DNA of 60,710 nucleotides, the filler included, from Globobulimina sp. (lineage: Eukaryota): assembly GCA_003354225.1 (NCBI GenBank). It is 17 parts of 17 records of this genome, joined end to end, with 100 filler letters (N's around TTAATTAATTAA, not from the genome) between each part and the next. Parts side by side here need not be neighbours in the genome. Positions count along the whole stretch, not along the records: positions 46,519 to 49,992 come from PIVH01002709.1; positions 50,093 to 53,565 come from PIVH01002710.1; positions 53,666 to 57,138 come from PIVH01002711.1; positions 57,239 to 60,710 come from PIVH01002712.1; 13 more parts are not named here. One strand, written 5' to 3'. Within the stretch, counting starts at the first letter, position 1; each line of letters opens with the position of its first letter. The notes beneath the pieces are model-generated. The model was not told the DNA's origin. It saw only the letters and a list, made by a program, of their open reading frames with translations, and did not search any database. The translations under genes were made by a program, and so were the position numbers. Shown in pieces: positions 47,424-60,200 of the stretch.

Positions 47424-49992
47424 TCAAACACGAAAATCAAAATCCGAATCAGAATCAGAATAATCATCATCATCTTCCACACCATCATAAGTATGAACAA
47501 TTATTTTTCTTTTCTTTTTTGTGGATTGCAATTCTACATTTCCCAAACCTTCCCCATCAATCATAGAATCTGCGTCAGAATCATCCTTTTCTGCTTTTTC
47601 ACTCATCACCACATCATACATTCCATTGGCACTCTTAACTCTGACCTCGCAGTCTCCATTAAAATGAAAATATGTTTTAAATCTATATTTCAATAATTTT
47701 ATATTCCTTTCATATGATTGCATTATTTCACTCAAATTATCTGCACAATGCACAACATACAATGATAATTTCTCACCACGTTCTCCATTCATTTTTGTAT
47801 TCCGCGATATCTCAATATATTTCCCATCGCAATCAAATGTTTTACAAAGTATCCCTTCCATTTCTTCAATTTTATCTTTATTTGCTTCAAAGTTACCATT
47901 TTCTTCTGCTTTTGTTGTGATCGAAAGATAATATTTAAAATGCTTTTTTTCAACATTCATATTGATGCGGTATATGCCGGGAGTGCACAAAATGGATAAA
48001 AGAGAGACAATGAATGCAAATGCTGTGTTTTGTGTGATGTCACGTATCGATGCACTGTAACAAGATTGAATTATAATTTGTGGGATGTGTTGCAAACAAA
48101 TACTAGCAATGATTTTAATTTTATTCATTTTGCATAATTCAGAATTTGTCAAACCCGAATTCAACATTTTCAATCCAAACATAGCCGATGATAAAAGAAA
48201 TAAAACCGGATAACAGCCGCCGCAAAAAATAAATAAAATAAAAACAATATCCGTTCCCCTTCCCATTCTGTTAAAAAATGACACGGCGTTCACATTTTCC
48301 TTTGGTAATACTGCAACAATTTGGCCACAAAAATATAAATTTACGCCATATGGAATCAATATAAATGTCACACATAACACACCGCATATTGTTACAGTAA
48401 TATTAGCAACAAAATCTTGACGAAATAACAATTCCACGCATAAATTAATATCGCTTGCAACTGCTACAAATTGTAATGTGTAAAGAATTAACGCAAACCA
48501 CAGAGCATTATTCATTGCCACTTTTGAATGAATAAAAGCAAAAATTGAGATGATCGACGCACAAAACAGAATAAGGCATAATAGAACCAATAATGTAGAA
48601 TAAGTTACCTTTTGTTGATTGGGATATAATATTTCAAGTTTGCCATAACTGTCGATTACAAAGATTAATTTTGATGATTCTGCCTCTGACTCGGTTGCTG
48701 CATTAATATTTATAGAGCCGCCATCGTTGGAAAAATATTGTCTTAATTTATTCGTTACATATAACTCAAATTCATCCTGAAAATCAATACTATTCGATAA
48801 TGCATCGCAGTTTTGTTGCCCATAACATTTCACTTTGCAATTTATGGCGATTTCATTGTTGACAATGTTTGCATGCAGAAAATGTGGTGCTTTGTCTTTA
48901 TCGATTTTCTTTATTTTAAAACCTAATATATCTTCGATTTCTAATTTGAAAAACTCAATGTCCACTCCGCTTGATTCAATGTATGCTTCTTGGACAAGTT
49001 CAGTTATTTTAAGCACAGTTTCCAATATATTATCAACCAATACGTCAATATATTTGTTTTCTAAATCCTTTATTAAATATTTAATCCTAAAAAGCGAGTC
49101 AAACTTTCTGGTTGCGGTTGGAGAGCGACTTGGATGTTTTGTGGGTGACACAGTTGGATTGACAGTAAACGTTGGTGCTTTTGATGGGTTATAAGTGGGA
49201 GAGGTTGGATTCTTGGAAGGACGTATTGTTGGACCATGTGTTGGATCAGGCGTTGGGTCAAATGTTGGATCATTTGTTGGATCGTGTGTTGGATTAAAAG
49301 TAGGGTTTTCTGTGGGATCGTTTGTTGGGGCAAATGTTGGATCGTAGCTTGGCGCTGAGGTTGGATTATTTGTTGGGTTATCTGTTGGATCATTTGTTGG
49401 GGCAAATGTTGGATCGTTTGTTGGATTAAATATTGGATCATTTGGACTGTCCGTTGGTGCACTTGTCGGAATGTTTGCTATTTACAAACAAAATTACATT
49501 TAAGCTAATTATAAAAATAAAGACTAAACTTAAACTATTTACAGGGACAATATATATATTTGAGAGAGGGTCCCCGCCAGATTGTGAATTGCAAGAAAGA
49601 TAGTGATCAAGCCCAGAATCCATATTTCGAGCACGATTACTATTCGAGCAACGCAGCTCTATCGATTTCATATTGATACTGTCGGAAGCGAGCATGGAAA
49701 TGGTTGAGGCTGCTTCATAAATCCGAAAAATACAATTGCTTGAAAATTTGGTGAGATGATAGAGTCCATTTCCTTCCGTTCTGCCCAGATACCTTGGTCT
49801 GCCTCCATAGTCCCAATAAAATGATATTTCTGGAGGGTTTACAAGCAAATCGATGCTATTCACGTAAAACATTGCTAATTGGAGAGATGCGTTATTATCC
49901 AAACGTATTTTATTATCCTGTGCTGATCTTGATTCTGTGCTGACCCATCCTTCGGTACAACATGGAGTGTAAATATAAAATGGTTCGTTCCA
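47424..49992 (-). CDS. Large multi-pass membrane protein with a PTxxPT mucin-like stalk (5' partial, spliced)
   Basis: A PTNDPT repeat tract at about 49130-49470 leads into the 575-aa ORF with several TM helices. The upstream exon is at 49540-49992. Confidence 0.65.
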
Positions 49993-50092
49993 NNNNNNNN
50001 NNNNNNNNNNNNNNNNNNNNNNNNNNNNNNNNNNNNTTAATTAATTAANNNNNNNNNNNNNNNNNNNNNNNNNNNNNNNNNNNNNNNNNNNN

Positions 50093-50172
50093 TTCGCACA
50101 ATCAGCGAAATAGGAATCTCTTTGTTGATTTATTCCAGTGTATGTCTATAAAAACAAAGTAAATCACATTAA
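50093..50172 (+). repeat. 80-bp direct terminal repeat, left copy
   Basis: Identical to 53486-53565. Confidence 0.95.
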
Positions 50173-50527
50173 TTTTTCAATTTTTAAAATATACAGAAAT
50201 ATAATTAATTGAAGAAAGAAACAAGAATTCATGTGCCGCTCGTTATGATTTGCTTATTGATCGAATGGTTTGTTTCATTCATTTGCTTATAATCCAAACC
50301 TTAATTCTATAATCCAAACCATTTAAATGCAGTAAGTTTTTTAAATAGTCAGTCTGTTCAAGTCATCATACCATGGCTGCTCTATAATTTATAAATAGCG
50401 CCGAACCGAATGTCTCAAAATATCTTCCGAATTTGCCTGGAACCGCAGACATCGTGGAATTAATTGTAAAAAAATGTTTAAAACCAAATCCGATTGGAAT
50501 CGAATCGCACCGAATCGTTAATTTATT

Positions 50528-52045
50528 TTGAAATTGCGCGAAGAGAAAAAAGCCGCGAAGTTGGCTAAAAAGAAGGAAAAAATAAAAGTTGCGCCGAAAA
50601 GAAAGCGGAATGGGCGATATTTTACGAGTAAATTGTCGAGCGATGACCCCGTTGGTTATAAGTTATTATGCGATCACTTTGTGGTGCAAAATGACCATTG
50701 TTTCGGGCGTCCCACTCGCTTTTATTGGGATACCGCCATCCACGAAGATTACGGCGGTGGCAGTATGGACCATCGTTTTGGCGACTTTGAGGATATGAGT
50801 GAGTTGGGGTACAATTGTCCGGATTTGAATCATCCGTTATATGTCCACCCCGGTCAGGTGATCCAGAACGATTTGAGTGGCGGCATATTCTGCAATGGTT
50901 TGGCCTTTGTGATTGGCAAAGATACGCCGTACGATTTGATTAGTATCGATGTGCGAGTACCGCCCGTGTCGCAGCTGTACAACATGGCGACGGAGGATGC
51001 GTGGATTGAGGGTTGGGGGCTATGCAGTGTCTCACCTTACAAAGTGTGGCGAGAGTCGGGCGACTTTGTAAAGGGAGTGTATACGTACGGCGATCGGATG
51101 TACCCTGAATACGGCGACTTGGAGGACGGTTTTGTGGATAACGACGACGACGATGGCAACATCGAAGAAGGCTTCGTGTTGTTGACGGAAAACCTGCCAT
51201 TTGAGTGCAATGCGTTTTATTTAAACAACCATTATCTGCGCCTGTTTGGTTGCGTGGATCCATCGTTGTCGTCGAGCAATATTCAAAGCGACGGCTATAC
51301 GTTGATGATGGCGGATATTTATGACAATGTCGACTATAATCACGGCAAGGAAGCGGACGAATGGATCATTACCGTCGGTTTCACGCATCCACGCCCACAC
51401 AACCAACCGTGCATTATTTTGTATAAGAACAACTCGATTGAGATCCGGCTAAAATCGGAGTATGATTACGTGAATTCGTCGCAGAAAGACAAGCGAGGCC
51501 ATATGTATAAGCAGGAGATATTGGAGATTTATTTGGTTTATATGACGCGCGGCGGCAAAAGGGATAAGATCTTGTCTTTGCCCATTCGGCAGCATTTTAG
51601 CGAGGATTTTATCATTCACAATGGCGAGATGGTGGTGGTTGGCGATGAATGCGTCGAGTCGCATATATTGATATTGTGCAAGAATAAGAGAGGCGAAGTG
51701 AAGGCGTATTTGAATGGGCGGAAGGTTGTGGACAAAAAGATTGTGGGCAATAATTCGACGCATTTGTTGCAGAAATCGAAGAATGAGTCGAATAATAATC
51801 TGCCGTTTCAGCTGTTGATAGGTCACAAACGGATTGGCGACGATGGCATTGGTGGCTGCGTCGATTATTTCCATGGATATATGTATGACATTGGCATTTT
51901 TCCATACTGTCCGTTTGAGTTCGAAATCAATTTAATGTATAGGTCGCTTAAATTGGATCATGATATTCATTTGAGACAACATTGGGATATACAACAGAAA
52001 AAATTTCAGCAAGAAAACGCAAATCTTAACTTCAAAATTGACTAA
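50528..52045 (+). CDS. Protein with a C-terminal LamG/concanavalin-like jelly-roll domain (start uncertain)
   Basis: HILIL...VKAYLNGRKV...LLIG...YFHGYMYDIGIF...EINLMY pattern. Confidence 0.6.
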   Translation: MKLREEKKAAKLAKKKEKIKVAPKRKRNGRYFTSKLSSDDPVGYKLLCDHFVVQNDHCFGRPTRFYWDTAIHEDYGGGSMDHRFGDFEDMSELGYNCPDLNHPLYVHPGQVIQNDLSGGIFCNGLAFVIGKDTPYDLISIDVRVPPVSQLYNMATEDAWIEGWGLCSVSPYKVWRESGDFVKGVYTYGDRMYPEYGDLEDGFVDNDDDDGNIEEGFVLLTENLPFECNAFYLNNHYLRLFGCVDPSLSSSNIQSDGYTLMMADIYDNVDYNHGKEADEWIITVGFTHPRPHNQPCIILYKNNSIEIRLKSEYDYVNSSQKDKRGHMYKQEILEIYLVYMTRGGKRDKILSLPIRQHFSEDFIIHNGEMVVVGDECVESHILILCKNKRGEVKAYLNGRKVVDKKIVGNNSTHLLQKSKNESNNNLPFQLLIGHKRIGDDGIGGCVDYFHGYMYDIGIFPYCPFEFEINLMYRSLKLDHDIHLRQHWDIQQKKFQQENANLNFKID

Positions 52046-52227
52046 AATTTAATTCATTTGTAAACTTTCTTTTCCATTGTTGCAACAGTTCCATTCCTTC
52101 TTAATTCAGTTGTGGTATATTGACCTATTGTACCCCCGAAATGTAAGGCCCTTGTACTAATTATATCTTAAGCTACTCACTAACCATTCTTCCTCCAACT
52201 TACTGAATACCATATTATCTGGTTAAA

Positions 52228-52455
52228 ATGGTGAAGATATTACTTGCATTGTTATTAATCTGCGTTGCATTTGCTAAAGATTCCAGATTATTATTAGCCA
52301 AACCATGTCCTGGCACTTGTGTCAATGTTGTTCCTCCATGTTTTAACAATGGAGGATGTTTAGAATCAGAAAAATGTGTTGTGGTTGAATGTGGCGATCG
52401 ATTGTCAGATCATAGGAAATGTACATTTGATTGTGACTGTACAGAATGTGAATAA
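52228..52455 (+). CDS. Small secreted cysteine-rich peptide
   Basis: Signal peptide MVKILLALLLICVAFA, short SRLLL spacer, and 10 Cys in the 51-aa remainder. Confidence 0.7.
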   Translation: MVKILLALLLICVAFAKDSRLLLAKPCPGTCVNVVPPCFNNGGCLESEKCVVVECGDRLSDHRKCTFDCDCTECE

Positions 52456-53485
52456 AAATATCATATTATATCATATTGGACGCAAATATTTCATACAAAA
52501 AGTCATATATATTATTATGACAAAATTTGATTTGATTTCATTGTTTTTGTTTCAGTTACTTTCTTTTTTTTGTTGCTTTCTTTTTTTGTGCGTGTGCGGG
52601 GGTGTGAGGGGTGTGGGTGGAGGGGGTTGGGGGGTCTATTTAGAGTGATTTGCCCAGAACTGGCTGAGAATTTTTTTGTTCTTTGTTTTTTTTAAAATGT
52701 GATTATTATTTCAGAAAACTTTTCCCAAAAATGTTTTGATATTTCCAACAAATACAAATTGTTTTTAGTCACGATGGTTCAGAATAGAAACATAGTACCA
52801 AGCCACACACAAAATAATTCTTTCTCTGTTTACATATTGATTAAATATGCGTTCCTGTTTTCCATACTTGTATTTGTACATTTTGTTAATATAATCGATT
52901 CCCAATGGAATTCCACTTATTTTTTCATTATATTCCGAATTAATTTCCCCATTTTGTTCCATCATAATCGAACAATAAACATGTAAAATTGATAATATTT
53001 TATAATAATTCCAATTGGTACCCGTTCTCCACTCATTCCATACGACATGTGATTGTGGTTATTTTGATTTTGAGGCGGCATCCATTGAAAATATTCATTA
53101 TAAATACTCCATGCTCGACATTCCCATGGATTGACGGGTTGTAATAATACAGTTCTTTAATTACAAAACAAAAACTTTTCAGTTCTGCTCTTTCAGTCAC
53201 CATGGAATGGATATTGGTTATAAAATGTGTAAAATAAACGCAAAAAGAGTCCACTATAGAGGAAGCAACGTTGTTGATCCTTCTGTCGGATCCAATACGT
53301 CCATTGTTCAACTCCTAAAATAGGTCCAGCATTATTTACGGCCAAGCGCTGCCTATGTTGTGGATATAGTTTAAAGGACACTTGTTGTGGGACATTTGAT
53401 GCTATTTGGTTTATTTCAGCGTGTGTTGCAAAACAAAACGAAATTAATATTAACTTTTGATTTATAAAATATACAGACAGCGGAA

Positions 53486-53565
53486 TTCGCACAATCAGCG
53501 AAATAGGAATCTCTTTGTTGATTTATTCCAGTGTATGTCTATAAAAACAAAGTAAATCACATTAA
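53486..53565 (+). repeat. 80-bp direct terminal repeat, right copy
   Basis: Identical to 50093-50172. Confidence 0.95.
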
Positions 53566-53665
53566 NNNNNNNNNNNNNNNNNNNNNNNNNNNNNNNNNNN
53601 NNNNNNNNNTTAATTAATTAANNNNNNNNNNNNNNNNNNNNNNNNNNNNNNNNNNNNNNNNNNNN

Positions 53666-56600
53666 TCTCTTCAATTTCTATGCAATCATCGAGTTTTATA
53701 CAATTGTTAATGTCATGCAATAATAATCCAAAATTGTGCCATCCATTCTCATTGTTCTCAGCCATATTATTTGTCCAATCCGTCGAAATAGAATTACATT
53801 CAGACAACTTCACTAAAAACGAATTAATGTTTAGATTCGAATGAATTATATTATTTTCATGCAAATGAGATACAATTTTGAGTATTTCCGTGATATAATA
53901 TAATAATAACTTTTCATGCAACTCACAAGAAGTCTCATTTGCTTTCAATAAAATATCGTTCAATGTTTTGAAATTATCAGTCATTTTACACAACGTAAAG
54001 GACGAATTACTGTATAAATAAACGCTTTCGACAAAGGCAAACATATGCGATATGCTGTTAGAACAGTTTTGTTTTAATATCTTTGTAATATAACAACTCC
54101 GCAACGACAACGGATAATCAATCAATAGCATCCGCTCCGTATCATCCTCTTGACTCAAATCATTGACCACAAAAATATAATGTTCATTATTACTCAAATT
54201 ACAAATATACTCAGTCACATTCAAATATACATCGTTATCATCATCCAATTCGATATCGGTCTCACCCGACAATAAATTATCAATTAAGACCGGCGGCGAT
54301 GTATCTCGGCCATCCATTATATTCAAATCCATCTCATCATCATCCAACAGGCTGCGTAATACCATCGATTCATATTTATTTATTGTATCTGCATCGAATG
54401 GATCAATAATTAATTCTAATTCATCCATATTCCCATCGCCATCAACACATAACATTTCTGCATTTGCCACGCCATCATCGCCATCACCGGAGCCATCAAG
54501 GCATAATATTTCTGCATTTGGTACATCGTTGTCATATGTGTCCAGTTGAATGCTTCCGATATCTATTTTTGTATGAATGGTCTGCGTGTCTTCGTAATTA
54601 TTCTTCGAATTCGGTTTCAAATCAATCTGTGTATGCACCGTTTGGGTCTCTTCATAAATACCAAAGCCGTCATCGTTTGCATTTGCGTTGTTATTCGCAT
54701 CGTTATTCATAATTGCATCATCATCCTCATCCATTTCGGTTTTTTGACTTTGTGCGCCAAATATTTTGACAATATCGTTCATGGCCGCTTTGGAATGAAA
54801 GGTAACCGTTGCGGTGGGATTCATTAATCGCGACTTGTTCATGGCAGCGAGGACAGTGGGCGTATCACACATACGTTTGTCAGAGATTTTGATTGGGTTT
54901 TTAAAGAATTCTGTCATGGATGAGATCTCCTGCGTGGCTTCAGAGGAGATGTTGCCATGAACGCCATGCATACGCATACTAATATGGTTCACATTTGGCG
55001 TGGCAAAATCCAGCCGCCTCAAAGGCGTCTCGTAGTGACTTTGGATGGTGTTATTGGTAAAATTCGTAGTGGTTAACTCCGCAAACACATCGTATGTATG
55101 CTCCTCATTGATATCGTGAGGTTGCAGTAAGTTGCCATGGTGTGCATTTTGAGTGAGCTTAAATCTTTTTTTCGAAGGCTGTGCCTGACTCAAACTGTCC
55201 AATTTCCCATCCGAATTCTTTCGTTTTCGGTTCAGATTTTTGTTTTTCTCATTATTATTGGTTAAGATATTCGATTTGGTTGACAATGGTTCCTCTTTAA
55301 TCGTAGATGGAATGGACAAATCGGGATTGTTTTTATTATATAAGATCTTGCCCACACTCACCGTCATCATCATATCGTCGCTGTCAATCTCCATATTATC
55401 CGAAGTGTCTTTCTCTTCCTCTTCCATTTGTGACCGCCATTTCGGTTTCATGCGACGACAACGCGCCTCTTCCAAACTGCTTATCTCGCCGCCATATGCC
55501 AACAACTTTGGATCTACAAAGGAAGCACACAAATATCGGCCTTGCTGGCTCCAGACACCCATAGCTCGGCTCAGATGCGTACAAATAGCCAGGTTTGGGT
55601 CATTGGCATCCTTCGGATTGTCATAGTTCGCCAAGGGATTATGGCATAACTTATCATGTACACTGAAATTCGTTTTGTTCCACAATGAATGACCGCGAGC
55701 GGTATTATTTGCCGCTTTGTTACAACGCAATTCATCATCCATTGGGATGGCAAACGTAGATGACGTTTCTTGTCGAGTTTGCTAACAATATTAATTTCCG
55801 AAACAGAAAAATGGTTTTTAAACATGCATAGCCACAGTATATGCACACTAAACTTGCGAGCTCTGATTCTTATCACCAAAACCTTGCTTGTTCCATGCCG
55901 TCGGTATGCCATCATTCTCCTTGCTGCGGTTATATTGACTGCCTAGGTTCCTCCATCCGGTGTGTACTGGCGGCAAATTGATGTCTGATTGACTCATATT
56001 TGGGTTATTTTCGTCACCGTCGCAATATACACCAAAGTTGTTGCCGTTGTTTGTATTGTTTTGGGTGGTTTTTATGTCGCCAAAGCCGTGCGGTTTTGAA
56101 TGGTTTTTCCTGTATGATCCAATAGGTTGAGCCTCATTCATTTGTCCCAATGTGGGTCGTGTACTTTGTGTGTGTTGTAATTGGTTAATAACTTCAATAT
56201 TTTGCTTGGATATTTTCTTTTTCATCCGGGCCAAGAATGCGTCATAAGATCGAGTGATGTCTTTAATTGGCTGCGCGTTCATGTTTTTCGCGGCAGTGAA
56301 TATACGATCCACTAAATCGAATTGGTTGTTTTGCTCGGCAACGATGGCCCATCCTCGCCAAAACAATGCCAAATTGGCTCCGATTTTGTTGGCATGCAAG
56401 AATTTAAAAACTTCCATTGAATCGCGACTTAAATGAGCCTGGAAATGATGTATTGTTTAGTTATATATTGGTATATGTATGGCATGCATAGAAATGTTAA
56501 CATATTCGAGCCATAATTTGATATAATGTTTGTTGTTTGTATATCGTTGGTCTTCTTTGAATTTCCTGGTACATCGTTCTATTAATGGCAGTAACTGTGC

Positions 56601-56888
56601 TTTTTGATTAGTAGGACAGGAAAAATTTAATTTCGTCCATTTAATGTATTTTAACCATAATGATAATGGGTCGTTGGAAGTGTCCCGCCGTAGGGCACAT
56701 TCCCATTGTCTACGTTCACGTTCTTGTTTTTCTGTCAGTGCTTTTGGAGTTTGTTGCAAATTTTGTGCCAATGAATGCATTCGTTTGCCTGCACTACGCA
56801 ATAAGGGTTGGATATTTTCTTTGGACGGTTCCAGTTTATCAAAGGAGACTGCCCCTTGTTTTTGTTTAGGTCTTGGTGTCGCACGCAT
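53666..56888 (-). CDS. BUB1: MadBub (Bub1/BubR1/Mad3) spindle-checkpoint protein (introns 56439-56501 and 55782-55853; 3' partial)
   Basis: KENIQPL, TPR region DPLSLWLKYIKW...RYTNNKHYIKLWLEY, IGANLALFW, ABBA-like FGVYCD, second KEN, GLEBS-like EISSLEEAR, TVTFHSKAAMNDIVKIF and a degenerate kinase. Confidence 0.9.
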
Positions 56889-57238
56889 GGTTTTACAGTT
56901 GTGTTGAAGAAGTTTTTTTTTTACAAAAGTGTTTAGCTGTTTAATTAACTCCCTTTAGCAGATTTTGACAAAAAGTACAACAGGTTCTTTGTTTGATATT
57001 TTTGTTTATATTCAAAAACTGTTTAGTTAGAATTATATAATAAATTAAAATTAAAATTAACAACAAACAAAACAATGCAAAGAAAGTCGAAACATATGGA
57101 GTTATAAATTAACGTAAAAATCAGCATAGTTTCATTTCNNNNNNNNNNNNNNNNNNNNNNNNNNNNNNNNNNNNNNNNNNNNTTAATTAATTAANNNNNN
57201 NNNNNNNNNNNNNNNNNNNNNNNNNNNNNNNNNNNNNN

Positions 57239-60200
57239 ATATCCATAGCAATGAATTAGAATATATGAAAAAGGCAGAACCCGGCTCATATTTTGTCAGC
57301 TCACTGTTCAACGTACGACAATTTAAATGGATGATGAAGTTGTCATATTATGATGATATTAGTTACGGTTCTTCTGCTGATTTTTGCTTATATTTAACAT
57401 CATTGTCCAATAAGATTAAACAACTTAATATCCGCTATAAATTATGGTTCGTAGAGTTGAATAAATTGATTGATACGGTTTACATTTTTAAAACAAATAA
57501 CCGAAGCTTATGGAAGTTGGACTTATTTCATGTGGACGATATCAAAGAGTTTACGCAGTTGACTGTGAACATTGAAATATTGATTTTAGATATTTTTTAT
57601 GAACATAAAGATGATGAAAAGAATATTATCAATCCATTACAGCCATGTTTACAGACTTTGGATGGTTGCTATGAATGGAAAATAAGTGACGCTGAGTTGG
57701 TGAATAAAATAAAGACTGTTAAGACTGGCGTTGACTTTGAGAGCAAAATATTTTGTTTAAAACAGTTCAAATGGTTTTTAAAAGTTTAGTTGTATATTTT
57801 TTCATTTTTATTTAGTCCTTGGATATTATATAATATTTGTTATCAAGTTTTATCCAAATGGATATTCCGCGAATTATAGTGGGAGCACTGATTTATTTCT
57901 CAGATTGGCATCGTTGCCACCAAATATCTCACACATTTCTGCAAATTATCAGCTGATGTTAGACGAGAAAAACACAAAACATTTCACAGTGTCGCAGTTT
58001 TCAAGTAAGTCTGCGTCGTTTGGATGGAATAAGTTGAAGAATACAGATATTCAAAATATAAATGTGTTTACTTTTAGGACTGTGATAAAAATCATTGATG
58101 TTTTTGATAGGGATGGCAATAACATCACAAATCAATTTATAACTCATAACGATGAGGATATGGTCCATATGGAGGACAGAAATGAGACTCCGGTGATGCC
58201 GTTGGTGCGCTTTGTAGGGAAAATGCCAAATTATATCTGGAGGATAGATGGTAAAGAAATGTTGCATAAAATAAAAAACGCAGTCAACGGCGAACAGTTT
58301 GAAAGTAATATATTCCGAATGGGTTCATTACAATGGATGGTCAAAATATATCCCAATGGCGAAGCAGAAGCAGATATTGGTAATGGCGATATGCTCATTT
58401 ATTTGGTATCTTTGTCGCCCAAATTAAAGGGAATGTGCATATTTTATAAGATATCATTGTTAGAACTTGGTGTAACAAAAAATTCGACGGTCGGACTTAC
58501 GCATTCTAGAATGAAATGGTGGACAGAAAACATGTGGAAATTACAAGATATTGAAACTTTAAATTCGTTAACATTCGAATTAAATATTCAGATTTTGGAT
58601 ATATTTGATAAAAAGGGCCATAATATCAACGATGAATATGATAATATTTTCAACGAAAATGTTGAGGAGGAAAGCAAAGAAAATATTAAAATAACTAGAA
58701 AATATAAATGGGAAATAAATAATGCTGCAAAAGTAAACCATTTCAAACAGTCACCGCAGACGGTATCATTCAAGGTATGCATCTATAAACATTTTGTTAT
58801 GCTTAAAGTTAATGACTGTGTATTTTAGAGTGGTTATTATAAATTGAATACAGTTAAATTATTCATGCATTTCTTACCCAATAATCAAGTTAAACGCATT
58901 GCGTCCGGAGACGAGAAAAAAGAAGAAATGGATATGGATATTAACAAAACCAAATATTGCTCATTCGGTTTTACACTTTGCTCCATTCCGCCAAACATAT
59001 TTTCTTTAACTTTAAAATTTTCGTTGGAATTCAAAGAAGCAAATAAAAGCTTTACGAATATTGATCAATTTTCGAATGAATATAACATTGTAAATTGGAA
59101 TTTAAATCCAAAACTATACAAATCAGACATTTTAGAGTTCGATGCATTTACATTTGAAGTGCAAATAACAGTGATTGCGGTGTACGATGTGGATGGGAAT
59201 AACATCATGTCCTCATTTGGCAGAGATAGCGAAGAGAAGGAAGAATACGGCGAAGCTATAAGTATACACAAAATGAGATATGAATGGATGATAAAGGATA
59301 TTAATAAAGTGAATGAGATGAAAGCTGCGCAAAATGGCAAACATTTTATGAGTCCAATATTCAAAATGTATGATTTAAAATGGTTCCTTCAATTTATCCC
59401 AAGTCCCGCAAAAAAGGACGAGATTCGCGAGGAAAACAAAGATGAAGAAGGGACGTCGTTATTCATCTCATTGGCATCGCTATCGCCAAAGATCAAATAT
59501 ATATCAATGCATTATGAATTATTGTTATCTGAGGTTGCCACTGCAACACATCAATATTGCACGCAGTTAACCAATAATATCGGCGATATGGCAGTGAGTT
59601 GGCGGACCTCTACGTTGAAGAGATGCGATATTTTGAAATTAGAACACTTTACATTTTCTGTGGTGATTGCGATCATTGATATTTATGATCAGGATTCAAA
59701 TAATATTACTCAGCAATTTAATGAGAGCTATAGTAACGAGAATAAATCAATGGATATCGTCGAATGTTCGATGGATGAAAGCATTGCAATGGATCATTAT
59801 ATTTGGGACATTGATGGTGATACGTTACAACGCGTTAAAAATGCGAAAAATGGAGGATTTATTATGAGTGAAACATTTAAAATGCATGGCTTGAAATGGA
59901 AAATGCAAATTTGCCCAAATGGGTCGACTCCGAAACGAAATGGTATATTTAATTGGTATTTTATTATGATATCATTACCGCCAAAAATATCGAAAATTGC
60001 ATTGTTTTATAAAATATTATTGCTGGAAACGGGTACAAATGATCAGGATTTAATTGAGATGCAATGCAAAGGCACGTTATGGGGATGGGGACAAAAAAAA
60101 TTAAAATATTCAGATGTGTTAAATTTGAATAAAATTACATTTAAAATAGAAATAAAAATAATTGATATGTTTGATGAGAATGGCAATAATATAAATATGA

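Noticed and set aside
49073-49462. Gln/Ile-rich 129-aa ORF, or a CRISPR-like repeat array
   Set aside because: Alternative frame of the PTNDPT coding repeat; there is no repeat-spacer structure and no cas gene.
52597-52635. G-rich tract as a telomere or telomere-addition site
   Set aside because: Irregular, short and internal, with no fixed repeat unit.
52700-53480. Gene on the minus strand
   Set aside because: Only short ORFs in different frames with no recognisable motif; possibly a decayed gene but not supportable.
3482-57238. Regular TTAATTAATTAA motif every 3.57-3.58 kb as a biological repeat or array
   Set aside because: It is embedded in fixed N runs and is a six-frame stop linker. 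The spacing reflects length-sorted contigs, and ORFs running into X are artefacts.
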